From contig OX597830.1 in NCBI GenBank assembly GCA_951406725.2, positions 31,124,001 through 31,188,000 on the forward strand: DNA of 64,000 nt, written 5' to 3'. Origin of the DNA: Octopus vulgaris. Its lineage: Eukaryota. Within the stretch, counting starts at the first letter, position 1; each line of letters starts with the position of its first letter. A program made the translations under genes and the position numbers. The notes below the pieces were generated by a model that did no database searches, had not been told where the DNA came from, and saw only the letters and a program-made list of their open reading frames with translations. This document shows, piece after piece, positions 13,856 through 25,990 of this stretch.

Positions 13856-15192
13856 TGGGTTTACGCATAAACATATCAAATATGTATGTAATGTGTGTGT
13901 ATGTATTTATCAGCAATTTATGTACGTGTCCAACTATGGAGTGAGAGTGACTGTGTTTGTACTGGTATGTGTGAAGATGTCTGCATATTTGAGTTCTCAT
14001 TTATGGATGTATTCAGACCATATGTAAGCATTAATTCATACAACGTGTGTATGTATATGCTGTATTGTGTACAAAGTGTCTGCATTGCACATCTACGCAT
14101 GTGTATAAGGAGCATATGAATGTGTAATGTACAGGTATGTATGTGTGTGCGTGCGTGCTTTGAGTTGATTAAACGCGTTGAGAAGAAGCAGAAAGAGAGA
14201 GAGAGAGAGGGAGGACTAAGGGAAAGCTAGAAATAGACAGTGAGAATGATAGGCAGAAACGAAGAAGAGAGGCGGAAAGGGTGGAACGAGGTAGGTGTGG
14301 AGGGGGGGTAGGTCGATGCTGGAGTTGGTAACTCACCAGATTTTATGGTCTTGGTTCCACACAAAAGGTAACAAAAGAACCAAACAAGAACCTAACTGAG
14401 AAGAAAAGGAAAACGAGATATGTCTGAGAAATTTCCCATAGAAAACATATGGAGCATACGTACTCACATACGCTATGATGTATATGTGTGTATTATAGGA
14501 GAATGAGTGTGAACGTGTAGAATACGCAAGCATACATACATACATACATATATATATACATATATATATATGTTCATGTGTGTGTATGGGTATGTTTGTT
14601 AGAGGATATATGTAAATTAGGAATTAAGTGTTTATAAAGAGACATACTTTTGCATATGTAAACACATACAATAACACACACACACACACACGCACATGTG
14701 TGTATGTGTGTGTGTGTGTAGTTCTACGTGTATACGCGTGTGTGTGTGTGTGAATGAATGATACATACATACATACATACATACATACACACTCATTCAC
14801 TCTCAAGTGTATGAATATATAAATATAAAACAACAACAAAAAAAAACAACAAAAAAAATAGAGAATTACCATGATAGGTACGTACATATGTAACTAGATT
14901 CAGATGTAAAAATATATACATACATTAAAAAAATATTACTTACATGTCGGAGTGAAGGGAGGGAGGGAGGGTGGGAAAAAATCTCGCAATAGTTAATCAT
15001 AAACACATACAAAAGAAAAAGAAAATGTACTTAAACACACGCGCGCGCACGCACGCACTCGTACACACACACACACATTTATAGTATATACACAAACATA
15101 ATTTTGATATGATCTTTCAATCTATCAACATCATCACCATCATCATTGATATTCACATCCGTTTTCCAACGCTAGCGGTTCAGACTTAGACG

Positions 15193-15231
<39 letters not shown>

Positions 15232-16554
15232 TTCTGCTCTTGTAATTTAAAATAACAAAATTATCAAACAAAAATTAAAAATAGAAAAAAGTGTGTTGTT
15301 ACTAATCGCTTTCATTATTCGTATCCAAAAGATTATAAATTTAAACATCAGTGTCTTGTAAAGGGAGCCTATAAAGAAAGAGAGGGGAATGGAATCAGCC
15401 GGCACATCGTTGATTCGGGGACCTGGAGATTTCAAAGAGGTGTCCGGTATCATAACCTCTTCAGCAAAAAAAAAAAAAAAAAATTGGAACTTTGGGAACC
15501 CGCCTTCCCAAGAAGGTCCGTCCGAAAGCAGCCATGTTTCACCGAACCAAATTTCTCATGAAGTTCCGGTATGTGTATGTGTGTGACTTCTTATTTCATT
15601 AACTTGAGCCAAGAAACCGAATTCAGATCTATGAGCTTTCCACACTTGAACTCTGAATGCGTGTAAGCTAGAGCCAGCTTCATTAACCTAATGTGTTGCC
15701 TTTATTTTCTAAACTCGGAAAAGTAAAACAATATTCAGCTGTTGTTTGTTTGTTATTTTTGCATTTTTTCTTTTTTTTTTAATGAAGATTTTGTCATTGG
15801 GTACAATTGATTTACAATTGCTGTTCGGGGGCGAGGTTGACACAGGTAGTTTTGACTTTCATGCCTTTCCCTGTCTTGTAAACCAACCAACCGACAATCG
15901 GCTCACATTAAATCTTGATCCGGCCTGCCCCACAACATAAACTGCAGTAACTACTTAAAATATGTAACTAGGAAACAGACAAAGAATAAAAAAACACACA
16001 ACAAAAATCATAATAATAAACACCAAGCAAAATAAAAAATAATACAAAAATACATCAAACACTCACAGATTCACAAAACGCAAGACCACACACACACACC
16101 ATATCACCACATACACAAATGCACTTGCGCGCAGGCGCAGTTATGAAAATAAACAATTTATGAAGATATTTTCATTTTATTTTATTTCGTTTTAGTTTTT
16201 AAGAACATTAAAAACAAAATACGGAGGAGAATTGGTTTAGCTTATAATAAAGCTTGCCACCAACTGGGGAGATTGTCTGAGATAGTCTGATAGTCTGTGA
16301 TAGACTGCTAGCATCAGTTATAACATTTGCAGTGGTTGGTAACAATATATTGGTAATACAGTAACTGCACACTTGTAATAAGCCACTTCACACTTCAAAA
16401 CCACAACTTCGTTTTTTGCTCTTGACAGACAAGCACTCGCATTAAAGCAAAACATTACACAACGGGTTTTATTAAAGAAACGAAGAGAGAGAGAGAGAGA
16501 GAGAGAGAAAGATACAAGTGTGCACATACGCACATGTATGTACGTATGTGTTTA

Positions 16555-17010
16555 TGTTGCCATGTGATTTCAAGTTCCGTCTCGCAGCCCGGTATCTTGG
16601 TCAACAATCTTTTACTAGAGCCCCGGGTCAACCAATGCCATTTTTTAAAAGTGAATTTGGAAACTATGTTGAAGCTCGTCGTGTGTGTGTGTGTGGTGCA
16701 CATGGTTTCAGGTTCAATCCCATTGCGAAACACTTTGGGCAAGAGTCTTTTACCATAAGCTCCAGGCCAAGCGAAGTTTTTTTGAGTAAATTTGGAAACT
16801 ATGTCGAAGCTCGTTATGCGTCTGTGTGCATTTATCTGTATGTATGTATGTATGCCAGGTATGTACGTTTATCTCCTCATACCGCTCAACAAACGTCATC
16901 TGCTTACGTGTCTGTAGCTTATGAGTTGGGCAAACAAACTGAGAGAGTAGCTCTCGGGTCGGTATGTTCGACTTGCATTACTGCATTCTCATGAGACAAA
17001 TAAAAGAACA
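16555..17010 (+). mobile_element. Tandem (head-duplicated) SINE family B copies
   Basis: Two successive heads, each ending TTTGGAAACTATGT(T/C)GAAGCTCGT (16657-16679 and 16791-16814), followed by a family B 3' part. Confidence 0.6.
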
Positions 17011-18345
17011 TCTATCTATCTGTCTGTCTACATAATGTTGGATTACTCATCACAAGGTTAGGAGTAGTACATACACCATTTACTCTGTACGAGGCATATA
17101 AACTCTATTATTTGTTTTACGTTGCTCAACAGATCAAAAGATTTCATAACAGTGTACTTTTTGCGGTTTGCTTAGCAACCACGAGTTTCCAAAATCGACT
17201 TGACATGGCGGCACCTTGCGCATGCGACTTTTACTGCAGCCTCGGGTCGACCAATGCACTGCGAATGAAATTTAAGCGAATGGAAACTGTGCAGAAGCCT
17301 CCACCTCACCCACTTTCTTTCTCTTTCTATATTTACATATGTATATATGCTGTTATTATAAAGTCTTTTCTCTAGATTCTTTTTGTCAATGCAGAAAGAG
17401 CCGGTTTTTAACCTAGATTCAATACTCTTTCATTGGAATTTCAACATCAACAGGGTAGTTGTGCATGGCTGTGTGTATGTGTGCATGCGTGTAATATGTG
17501 GAGCCAGTGCATGTGCAGATGTGTATGTTTTGTTTTATGTATGTGTACACATTCATACACAAAGATGCAGGTCTAGTCATTGCGTATGCTCTAAAGTGCC
17601 AGAAGTTTTCTTAAGGTTTTACATATGTACGCATGCATGTATGTATGTATGTATGTATGTATGTATGTATGTATGTATGCACGTACGTAAGTACGTAGAC
17701 ACACACACACACACACACACACGTCTATATAAACCACATGACATTGCGGTTCACTTCTTTCGAGTGCCGGTGCCTCTCACAGGACTCTTTTCCTTCATTT
17801 TGTTCTTCTGTCATTGGTTGTCTAGTACAACGCTTTCTTTCATATAAAAGAGCATACATATACACTAGCACACATACATACATACACAAACCACACGTAT
17901 GTAGGCATGCACACACAGCTTTCTCTCTGTAGATTTCTATCCATCTAATCTATCCAATATGTTGTAAGAGTAAGCCCCAGGCATGTAAGCAGACGCTCTG
18001 TGCAGATCCTTATATACGAGACGATATAATATATCACAAAAAACTTGCAGAAATGTTGATGTTCCTGCCTCACCACCCGCCACACTATGCCACACACGCA
18101 TCCCCTTCTAAGGCCGCTTACTAATACTAACGCCACCACCACCATCACAACCACCATCATTTTTTCTACCACTACAGCTACCAATGCCAATTGGCATCAT
18201 CACTAGGATCAGTACTATCGCTGACAACACCATTATCAGAAGAACCAACGGACAAGGAAGAATTTATATAGGATCAAAAGAGATTTGATGCAAAAGATCA
18301 GTTTTATGTCTTATGTGTGTGTTATGTCTGTGTGTGTGCGCGCGC

Positions 18346-18377
<32 letters not shown>

Positions 18378-18649
18378 GAGACTGAAAGACAGACAGACAG
18401 ACAGACAGAGACAGGCAGAGACAGACAGACAGAAAGACAGACAGGCATAGTTAAATCTTTTCAATTATTTACCGTCTCCTCCGACACATTTACATAAACG
18501 CAAAATACCATTTACTTACATACTTTTTCACACACACACACACGCACAAACACACACACATTACACACAGGTTATCCCAAGAAACTGGATAATGATAATA
18601 ATAATAATAATAATAATAATAGTAGCAGAACGACGACGATGGTGAAGGG

Positions 18650-18683
<34 letters not shown>

Positions 18684-18835
18684 ATAACTACAATAACAAT
18701 TACGATAATAACTGACGAGAGATGAAATAGCCTCATTAAATCACGACTAAAATACTGGAGATACCGTGAGAGGAGCGGCGAGGAGGAAGAGGAGGAGGAG
18801 AAGAACTCTTGCTAAGTATCCCAGATACCACAAAA

Positions 18836-18870
<35 letters not shown>

Positions 18871-19243
18871 ATATACGTATGTTTGTGTATGTGAGTGCGT
18901 ATGAGTGAATGTATATTCAGGAAAGAAAAACCAATGAAAAAGTAAAGAAGAAAAAAAAAACAAAAAAAAAAATTTTAAAAAAAAGAGAGATAAAAGAAAA
19001 GAAAATATGTTGCTGCAGAATTAGGTTTATGTATTTTATTTTTTCTTCTTCTAAGTATTTTCACATTTCTGAGTTCAAATCGCACTTCGAGGTCGATAAA
19101 ATAATTACCGGTAATATGTTGTGGTTGGTTGCAGGTATATATGGGGGAAAAAGAAAAAGTGTGTATGTGTGTACAGCATGCTTTTGCACTCCATAAATGC
19201 TGTATGTATAGCTCTACCTAACCTTGTGGGCAGTAGTCCAGCA

Positions 19244-19305
<62 letters not shown>

Positions 19306-19319
19306 ATATATATATAGTT

Positions 19320-19470
19320 GAAATTTACAGAAAAACAAAAGACGAAAACAAGTGTATTAATTTGACGCACGGGAAAGTGAGAAAGTCTTTTACGTTTCGT
19401 GCCTACGCCCTTCAACAGACAGGAATAAGAGGAAATAAAGAGAGAGAGAGAAACTCGTGGATTTGGCAAT
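19320..19470 (-). mobile_element. Second copy of the hammerhead-like terminal repeat family
   Basis: Reverse complement CTGTTGA-A-GGGC-GTAG-GCAC-GAAACGTAAAAGAC...CGTCAAATTAATACA. Confidence 0.5.
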
Positions 19471-19527
19471 CAAGCATGGCGACTGTTTGGGAAAAAAAAG
19501 GTTTGATAGGAGAGGTAGAAAGTAGGG

Positions 19528-19588
<61 letters not shown>

Positions 19589-20492
19589 GTATGTATTTGT
19601 CTGTCTGTGCACTAACAGGCCCCAACTGAAATGGTTAAACCGAATTAAAAGAGTACTCATTTTGTCTTCCTACGTTTTGTCTTCAAATTCTTCTGAATTT
19701 GACCTTAATGCTTCCCGATTCGAAAGAAAATAAGTAAGCAGTCAAGTTGCTGAGATCGATTTTTATTAACTGTACCTCTCTCTCTCTCACCCTCCATAAA
19801 ATTTCTGACTTCATACTACATCATTCGTCTTAATTTTTTTTTTTTTTTCAAGTCCAAATCTCCAGCGATGCCGTGTTCGCTTTTTTACCATTCCCCTCCA
19901 CCCAGGGCTGATAAAAATGAAGAACCCGTCAACTCTTGAGTATGACTTGTGGCCTTGTGCCTGTGCCGCATTTAGAAATCTTTAATATCATTATTTCTGG
20001 AGAATTCTTAGCTGGAATTCGTAACAGTTACATTTTATGCTCTCCCGTCTCCGCCTTCCCCTCTCTCTTTCTCACACACCAACCCTAGTTATCTCTTTGC
20101 CTCTTATTCTCTCTCTTCTACACTCCCCCTCAATCTCTGTCTGGTTCTGCTAGAATTAAAGTTTTGGCAAAATTTTCTGGCTCAGGCACCGTTCTTTATT
20201 AAGATGGTTTGAGCTATGGTATGTATTTTATTACTACACCCACTACAATATCAGTCATGTTTAAGTATATCTACGTGAAGGTATGAATGCGTATGACTTG
20301 TGTGACAAACTACTATTCATTAAATATACACAATTAGTGATATAATACGTTAGTAGTGTGTGTGTGTGTGTGTGTGTGTACGCGCGCGCACTAGAGTACA
20401 ATACTTATTCACCAAGTGGATATGCATCACAAGGTGATGTATTTATATAGCTATAACGAAATATAGACACATTCCACACAATATAGATAGAC

Positions 20493-20568
<76 letters not shown>

Positions 20569-20838
20569 CCTGCATCAGCTTCGACGAGGAGTTTTCCATT
20601 TGTTCAATCAACTGGTCAGCTGATCAAATTGAACGATAGCGAAGACCGGCTGGTTTGTTTGTTGCACAGGGACTTTGTAACCCTTAATCAAAGTGGTATA
20701 GTGTGTGACAACGCAGGCCCTATGAGTTACAGTTACCACCATACACCCGGTCTACTGTTAAGTCAACGTCACTTGGAGACGGGAATTCGTGACCAAGATG
20801 CCAACTTCTCAATCAACAATCGGCCGTACCCGTGCTTC

Positions 20839-20873
<35 letters not shown>

Positions 20874-21097
20874 GGATGGATGTATATTAGGTGAGTGAAT
20901 GGTGTCTGTGTGTATAAAACCTTGTTCTATAGGGTCTTCAGAGAAGGGACATTAGATCAATAAAACTCGAAGCAGACGAGGTTTTTGGGTATTAAGGAGA
21001 CGGGAAAGATCTGTATTAGATCATGCATATATATATATGCCTGTAAAATGTGTACTCACAATAGCGTATGCGTGAGATGCGCAAGAGAGAGAGAGAT

Positions 21098-21139
<42 letters not shown>

Positions 21140-22710
21140 AGAGAGATGTGTACGTGTGTGTGTGTGGCGCAGCAGGTTCGCTCCAACAAGGTTTTCCAGT
21201 TCAGTTTATTTCAGGAGCAATAATTGCTCCAAATTCTCGCAAAAGAACAAAGAATGCACCTAATAAAAGAGAGGGAGGTGGCGAGTAGATTGGTAAAAAG
21301 GAGATAATGTGGCTGAGAAACGGCTTGGGTTGTCTTCCCTGTAGACAGGGAAAAGAGTAATAAACAAACAAAAAAAAAAAAAAAAAATTATGAAACGGAT
21401 AGCAATGAAATAGAGAGAAAAAAAAATGATCAAACAAAAATGTTTAGACGAAGGAGATGGTTCATTAAGGAATTCAAAACAATTATATTTTTTCGTTAAA
21501 AGACTTCCTGCAAAACTAAATAGTGACTTCGTTGCACGACGGCTCGTTTCTTTAACATAGTTAAAAGGCCAATGAAAAGACAAAACAAACGTCGGCATAA
21601 TGGTCTTATCTTAAAAAAGCTTGTTTGATAAACGATATACAATACACACACAGTTACTACACAGTCAAATACAATCAATCAAATACACGCATACACGCAC
21701 ACATTGATAATACAGAGACTCAAACACACACACATATACACATACATCTGCAGATACACATTCTTATAGATGAATCACAACGTACACAATCTGTGAGCAA
21801 ACGAACTCAAAGTAGCTATGGAAAAAAAAAATGTTTAACCCTTTTATGATTTGTGACTAATCTGTTGATAATCAATAGTTTTAAAATAATGATTAAAATG
21901 GTTGTGTGTATACATACATACATACAAACATAATTACACACACACACACACATGGTGAGAAGTTCATAGTGTAACATCTTGGTATTTCAATACCAACAAA
22001 AGCACAAATGCAAAACAAAATACTTCAACACATTAACAATACCTCCATGATAAATTTATTTTCACTTGATAAGGTTGCATGGATCTACAAATTCTTCAAT
22101 CAACCATTTTAAGTTCATTCATGTATTTGCATTTTAACTTGTATATGTGTGTGTATGTGAAAACGAATGACATCTGTGACAATTGATATTGAAAGCAACC
22201 ATTCCAATAACAGATGAATCCACCAAAAAATTCTTCCACGACTGCTTCATTCCAAAGACATGATTTAATAAAACAATGGCAGTTAATTTTTAACTCATGA
22301 TACAGGAATTCATCACTGTAATTAATGCCAAACTCTCTCTCCCTCTCATTATTTTTCTCTCTCACTTTTGCTCTTTCTCTCTTTTTCTTCATTCAGTAAT
22401 TTCCAAAACTGGTCAAAAGATGTTTCCGAATGGGCTGAAAATGAAATAATGGCAGAAAACTTTTCATACACATACATACATACATACATACACCATGAAA
22501 CAGAAGGAAAAATTTGAAAGACAAAGAAAAATTTCAAGAACAAAAATGATGGGATGATATTAATGGCTAATGATGGATGAAGAAAAAGAGACAGGTGTTG
22601 AGAATTTTTTTTTCAAAAATCACCAAAAATTAATGATAGAAAGATTGTAAAGGCCTGTGTGTATGTAAGTGGGAATAATAAGAAAGATATAAACAATGAA
22701 AGATATTTTA

Positions 22711-22716
22711 GCTTAC
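22711..22716 (-). other. 5' splice donor (GTAAGC) ending the ZFHX exon
   Basis: Plus strand gcttac at 22711-22716; the translation turns into T-rich low-complexity sequence right after it. Confidence 0.85.
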
Positions 22717-25700
22717 CCGAGTCTGACATCTTGGGTACGTTGTCGTCCATGTATTCCCTGACAATGAAAATCTCTGATAGATCCATTGGTTGGCATTTCC
22801 CTTGCTCCTGAAGTTGTAATTGTCTTAGGCTATCATTTTGTGCATGTTTCATGCATTTCGCATGGTGAAACATTTGACACTTGGATCTAGCACTAAAATT
22901 GCACAGAGTGCATACAAACTCACGTCGACCGACTGGTATCTTCATCTCTATAGATGCCAAGTGATGAAAGAGTTGCGCGCACGTTTCATGGGCTTCCGTG
23001 TTTGCATGCATCTGAAGCTTGTGTATGCTGTTCGTGCAGAATTCACAGGCATTGCAGCGCACGAGAACGGGATTGTTGACGGTTAGGTACTTAAGGCGCC
23101 ATTCATTGTTGGCACCACCCTCTTTGATGTGGTTCACAAGCTGCAGACGCTGAAGGTGCTTGTCAGTTTTGAGGTGGAGGTAAAAGTTGGTTTTCAGGTT
23201 CGTTTTATACGTACACAGGTTACACATATACATACCTGCAGATATAATTATATCGTCCGTCTCATGCTGTTTTGTACGGTCTATGTTCAGGTGATGCGAC
23301 AACATGTCTATTGTGTCCGATGTGAATATGTTGCACACACAGCAATGAAGCATCATAGCACCTTCAGCGAGTTTCTCATCATTTTCATAAGAAAAGCACG
23401 ACAGATCATTCTCCTTACTCAGGTCAACCGGGATTTCAAAGTTCCGAGTTGCACCTTGCTGAATCAAGGGTTGATCAAATGAAAACTGAGAATTAGAAGC
23501 CGAAAGGGAGGATTGAAGGTTGAGTAAAGCCGGGTCTTGTTGACCCAGTAGCAGGACAGGGTTCATGTGAAGTGACATGTCCCCTTGCATTTGTTTCATA
23601 TTTTGTTGAAGAGCCAACATATTATGTGTATGTTTTTCACTGGTCATGTGTATCCTTAAGTTCCTTGCCACATTCGTTTCATAATTGCATACGTCACACC
23701 TCCAAGTTGGCTTTGGCTTGTTTTTTTTCAGTTGTGCATTTTCTTGATTGAAACTCTGAGTCTGCAGCTTAATATCACCGCCATTAGCAAGTTCCTGCAC
23801 ATTGTTCAGATGCTTGTCCGACTGCATGTGAATGCTGAGGTTACCCTTGGTGGTTGTGGAATAGTTGCAGACTTCGCAACGATAAGGCTTATAGCCACAG
23901 GCATACGTCTCGCCACGCGCTAACCGGGGATGTGGCTGATTGGTCACACAGTAAATACACTGTGCATCATTCTCGGGGTGTTTCTCTTTCATGTGAATCT
24001 CCAGAGTTTCCTGATATTTGTAGTGCCAGTTACACTTGGGACATTTTAAAGTTTTGCAAGAGTTACGCGAATGCATCATGGTCATGTGACCACCTAGCGA
24101 CTGAGAGGAGCTGAGGATCATATCACATTTAGGGCATTCAACCCCATGAGCCCGACCTTGCGGATGCTCATCGCAGGACCCCAAGAATCCAGGAATTCCT
24201 TGAATGGGGGAGGTAAGGAAAGTGTGAGAGTTTGTTCTTTCAATGTGATTGCTCTCAGAGTAAGGGAGAGGGACCGAATCACTGACAGTCGCTCTCTCCA
24301 ACTCTAAGTGTGATGATGATGATGGTGATGATGATGAAGGGACTTTTGAGTCTCCTATAGAGGCCTCATTATGGGGGTTAGAGATTTCGGGGGTGACTGC
24401 AGCAGTTGTAGTCGTTTCCACAGCAGCTGGTGTCAACTGGCAACCAACTGACGTGGCCAGTTGAAGCTGCGTCGATGACAAAGTCGTGGCTGCTGCGCTA
24501 GTGATTGCGGCCTCGCTGTTCGCTGACAGGCCATGTGTTATATGAGAAGTTAAGTCTTGTGAAGGTATAGAACAGTTCTGTGGGTGAAAATGTCTAGATG
24601 ATGTGAGTTTTTCAGACGTATTTGGACGTCCGTGGCTATAAATGACAGATGTAGAACTATCCTTATCAACCGATGTACTACAAACAGTTGACGTTGGATG
24701 AGAATTTGTTAAATGCCTAGGGTTGGATAACACTGTAGTTTCTGGGACAGGAGTTGGATTGGGTTCAAGGAATGACATAAGGGGCTTTTTGTGTTTACCT
24801 ACTCCTTGAATAATCGCCGACGCATTTTTCCGAGACATTATTGCTTTTTCTTCCTCATTCAGATCCATTGAATGCTCTCCGATGGCGTGGGCAATGAAAG
24901 ACTTTGTATAACCAAATGAAAGTTTACATATAAAGCACATGAGAATTGGTTTTGTAGGGACAGTAGCTGCCCCAGCATTTGAGGTAGATATGCTATCCTC
25001 ACATCGGATGGCAGATTTCTCATTACTTTCTGAACAGTCGTCTCCACTCTTACCCTCGTTCAGCAAATCTTTCTTGGCTGAGCGAACATCATAAACACGA
25101 TAGCTATGCATGATCGGCGCATCGGGCATGTATTTCTGAGCAGACACCATGTAGAAATTATTGAAAAAAGAAGCTGTGTTCCTAGGAACAAAGAAAGCAT
25201 TTGCTATCTGCGGATAAACGGAAGCCTTGCTGTCCTCAACTTTGCCCTTTTTCACAATTATACTACCCTCTTGCTGTGGTACATCCACAATGGAGTCTAT
25301 ATCACTCTGGTCCGAATCAGCGCCCTCAATTATGTAGGCAGAGCCATCAGGATTATACACAATCCTGCCATCAAAACTCTCCCCATCACTCAATTCATTA
25401 TCGCTAATTGAACCTTGATTCTCCTCACGACCAACCCGACTACCTGATTCAGACCGGGCACACGGGTGCTCCATGTATTCCTGCAAAGTCAAGAACTCTT
25501 TGTTGCATTCTCCACACTCCACAGGCTCGTCGTCATGGTCTGACGACCTTTCGATGCTTGATTCTTCGGCGTCGTTAATGGAAGACGCATGATTAATTGG
25601 AACAAATTGTGCATCCCGAACATCCTTGGAAGCATTCACGGATAGTGTGCTCAGACTGGACACACCATTTGTCGTGGAGCCAGACAACACTGGACTGAAT

Positions 25701-25936
25701 GAATGTTCCGACTTGCTGATATTCAAACCAAATGGGTCGATTGAATCAGCCATCTTTGCCGAGCTGCTGAAACAATGCTGTGTTTGCTGTTGTTGTTGAG
25801 GCTGTTGCTGTTGCTGTGCCGGGGCTGGAAGAGTGTCATCGTTGTTGGAGCTACACAATGTTGTCATAGGAAGGGTCATGGTTGGCTGGGGATGACGATC
25901 CTCCAGACTTTCGGAGCTCAGGCCTGGAATGTCCAT
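22717..25936 (-). CDS. ZFHX4: First large coding exon of a zinc finger homeobox protein (ZFHX3/ZFHX4/zfh2 family); ~1073 aa N-terminal part with multiple C2H2/matrin-type zinc fingers; 3' partial, homeodomain exons not seen in the window
   Basis: ORF 22613-25936 carries family-diagnostic motifs: FDGRIVYNPDGSAYII, KPILMCFICKLSFG, SAIIQGVGK..PLMSFLEP, GGHMTMMHSRNSCKTLKCPKCNWHYKYQETLEIHMKEKHPE, HPRLARGETYACGYKPYRCEVCNYSTTTKGNLSIHMQSDKH, WRCDVCNYETNVARNLRIHMTSEKH, HIKEGG..NEWRLK. A donor TCGG|GTAAGC ends the exon at 22717 (phase 1); the last ~34 aa of the ORF are intron read-through. The invertebrate gene is co-orthologous to vertebrate ZFHX2/3/4, so the symbol is nominal. Confidence 0.95.
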
Positions 25937-25990
25937 CCTTCAGCCTCGTAACTCACTGGTCCCATTGCTATGAGCCATGCATTTTTCCAA
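25937..25990 (-). promoter_or_regulatory. 5' UTR part of the ZFHX exon (54 nt) with three upstream ATGs
   Basis: Acceptor ...tttctttttctctttttctcttttgcag|TTGG at 25991/25990; in-frame TGA two codons upstream of the ATG; uATGs at 25982, 25978 and 25965. Confidence 0.75.

Noticed and set aside
16518-16994. 158-aa ORF with repeated FGNYVEAR
   Set aside because: The repeat comes from two tandem SINE heads, not a protein repeat.
1-22700. Further ZFHX zinc-finger or homeodomain exons
   Set aside because: No ORF in the track shows C2H2 or homeodomain motifs; short exons could be missed, but none could be supported beyond the candidates listed.
22613-22716. C-terminal ~34 aa of the 1107-aa ORF as part of the main protein
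   Set aside because: Lies beyond a consensus GTAAG donor; ZFHX proteins continue with more fingers and homeodomains, so this is intron read-through.
22838-25411. Plus-strand ORFs antisense to the ZFHX exon
   Set aside because: Short shadow ORFs expected opposite a long coding exon.
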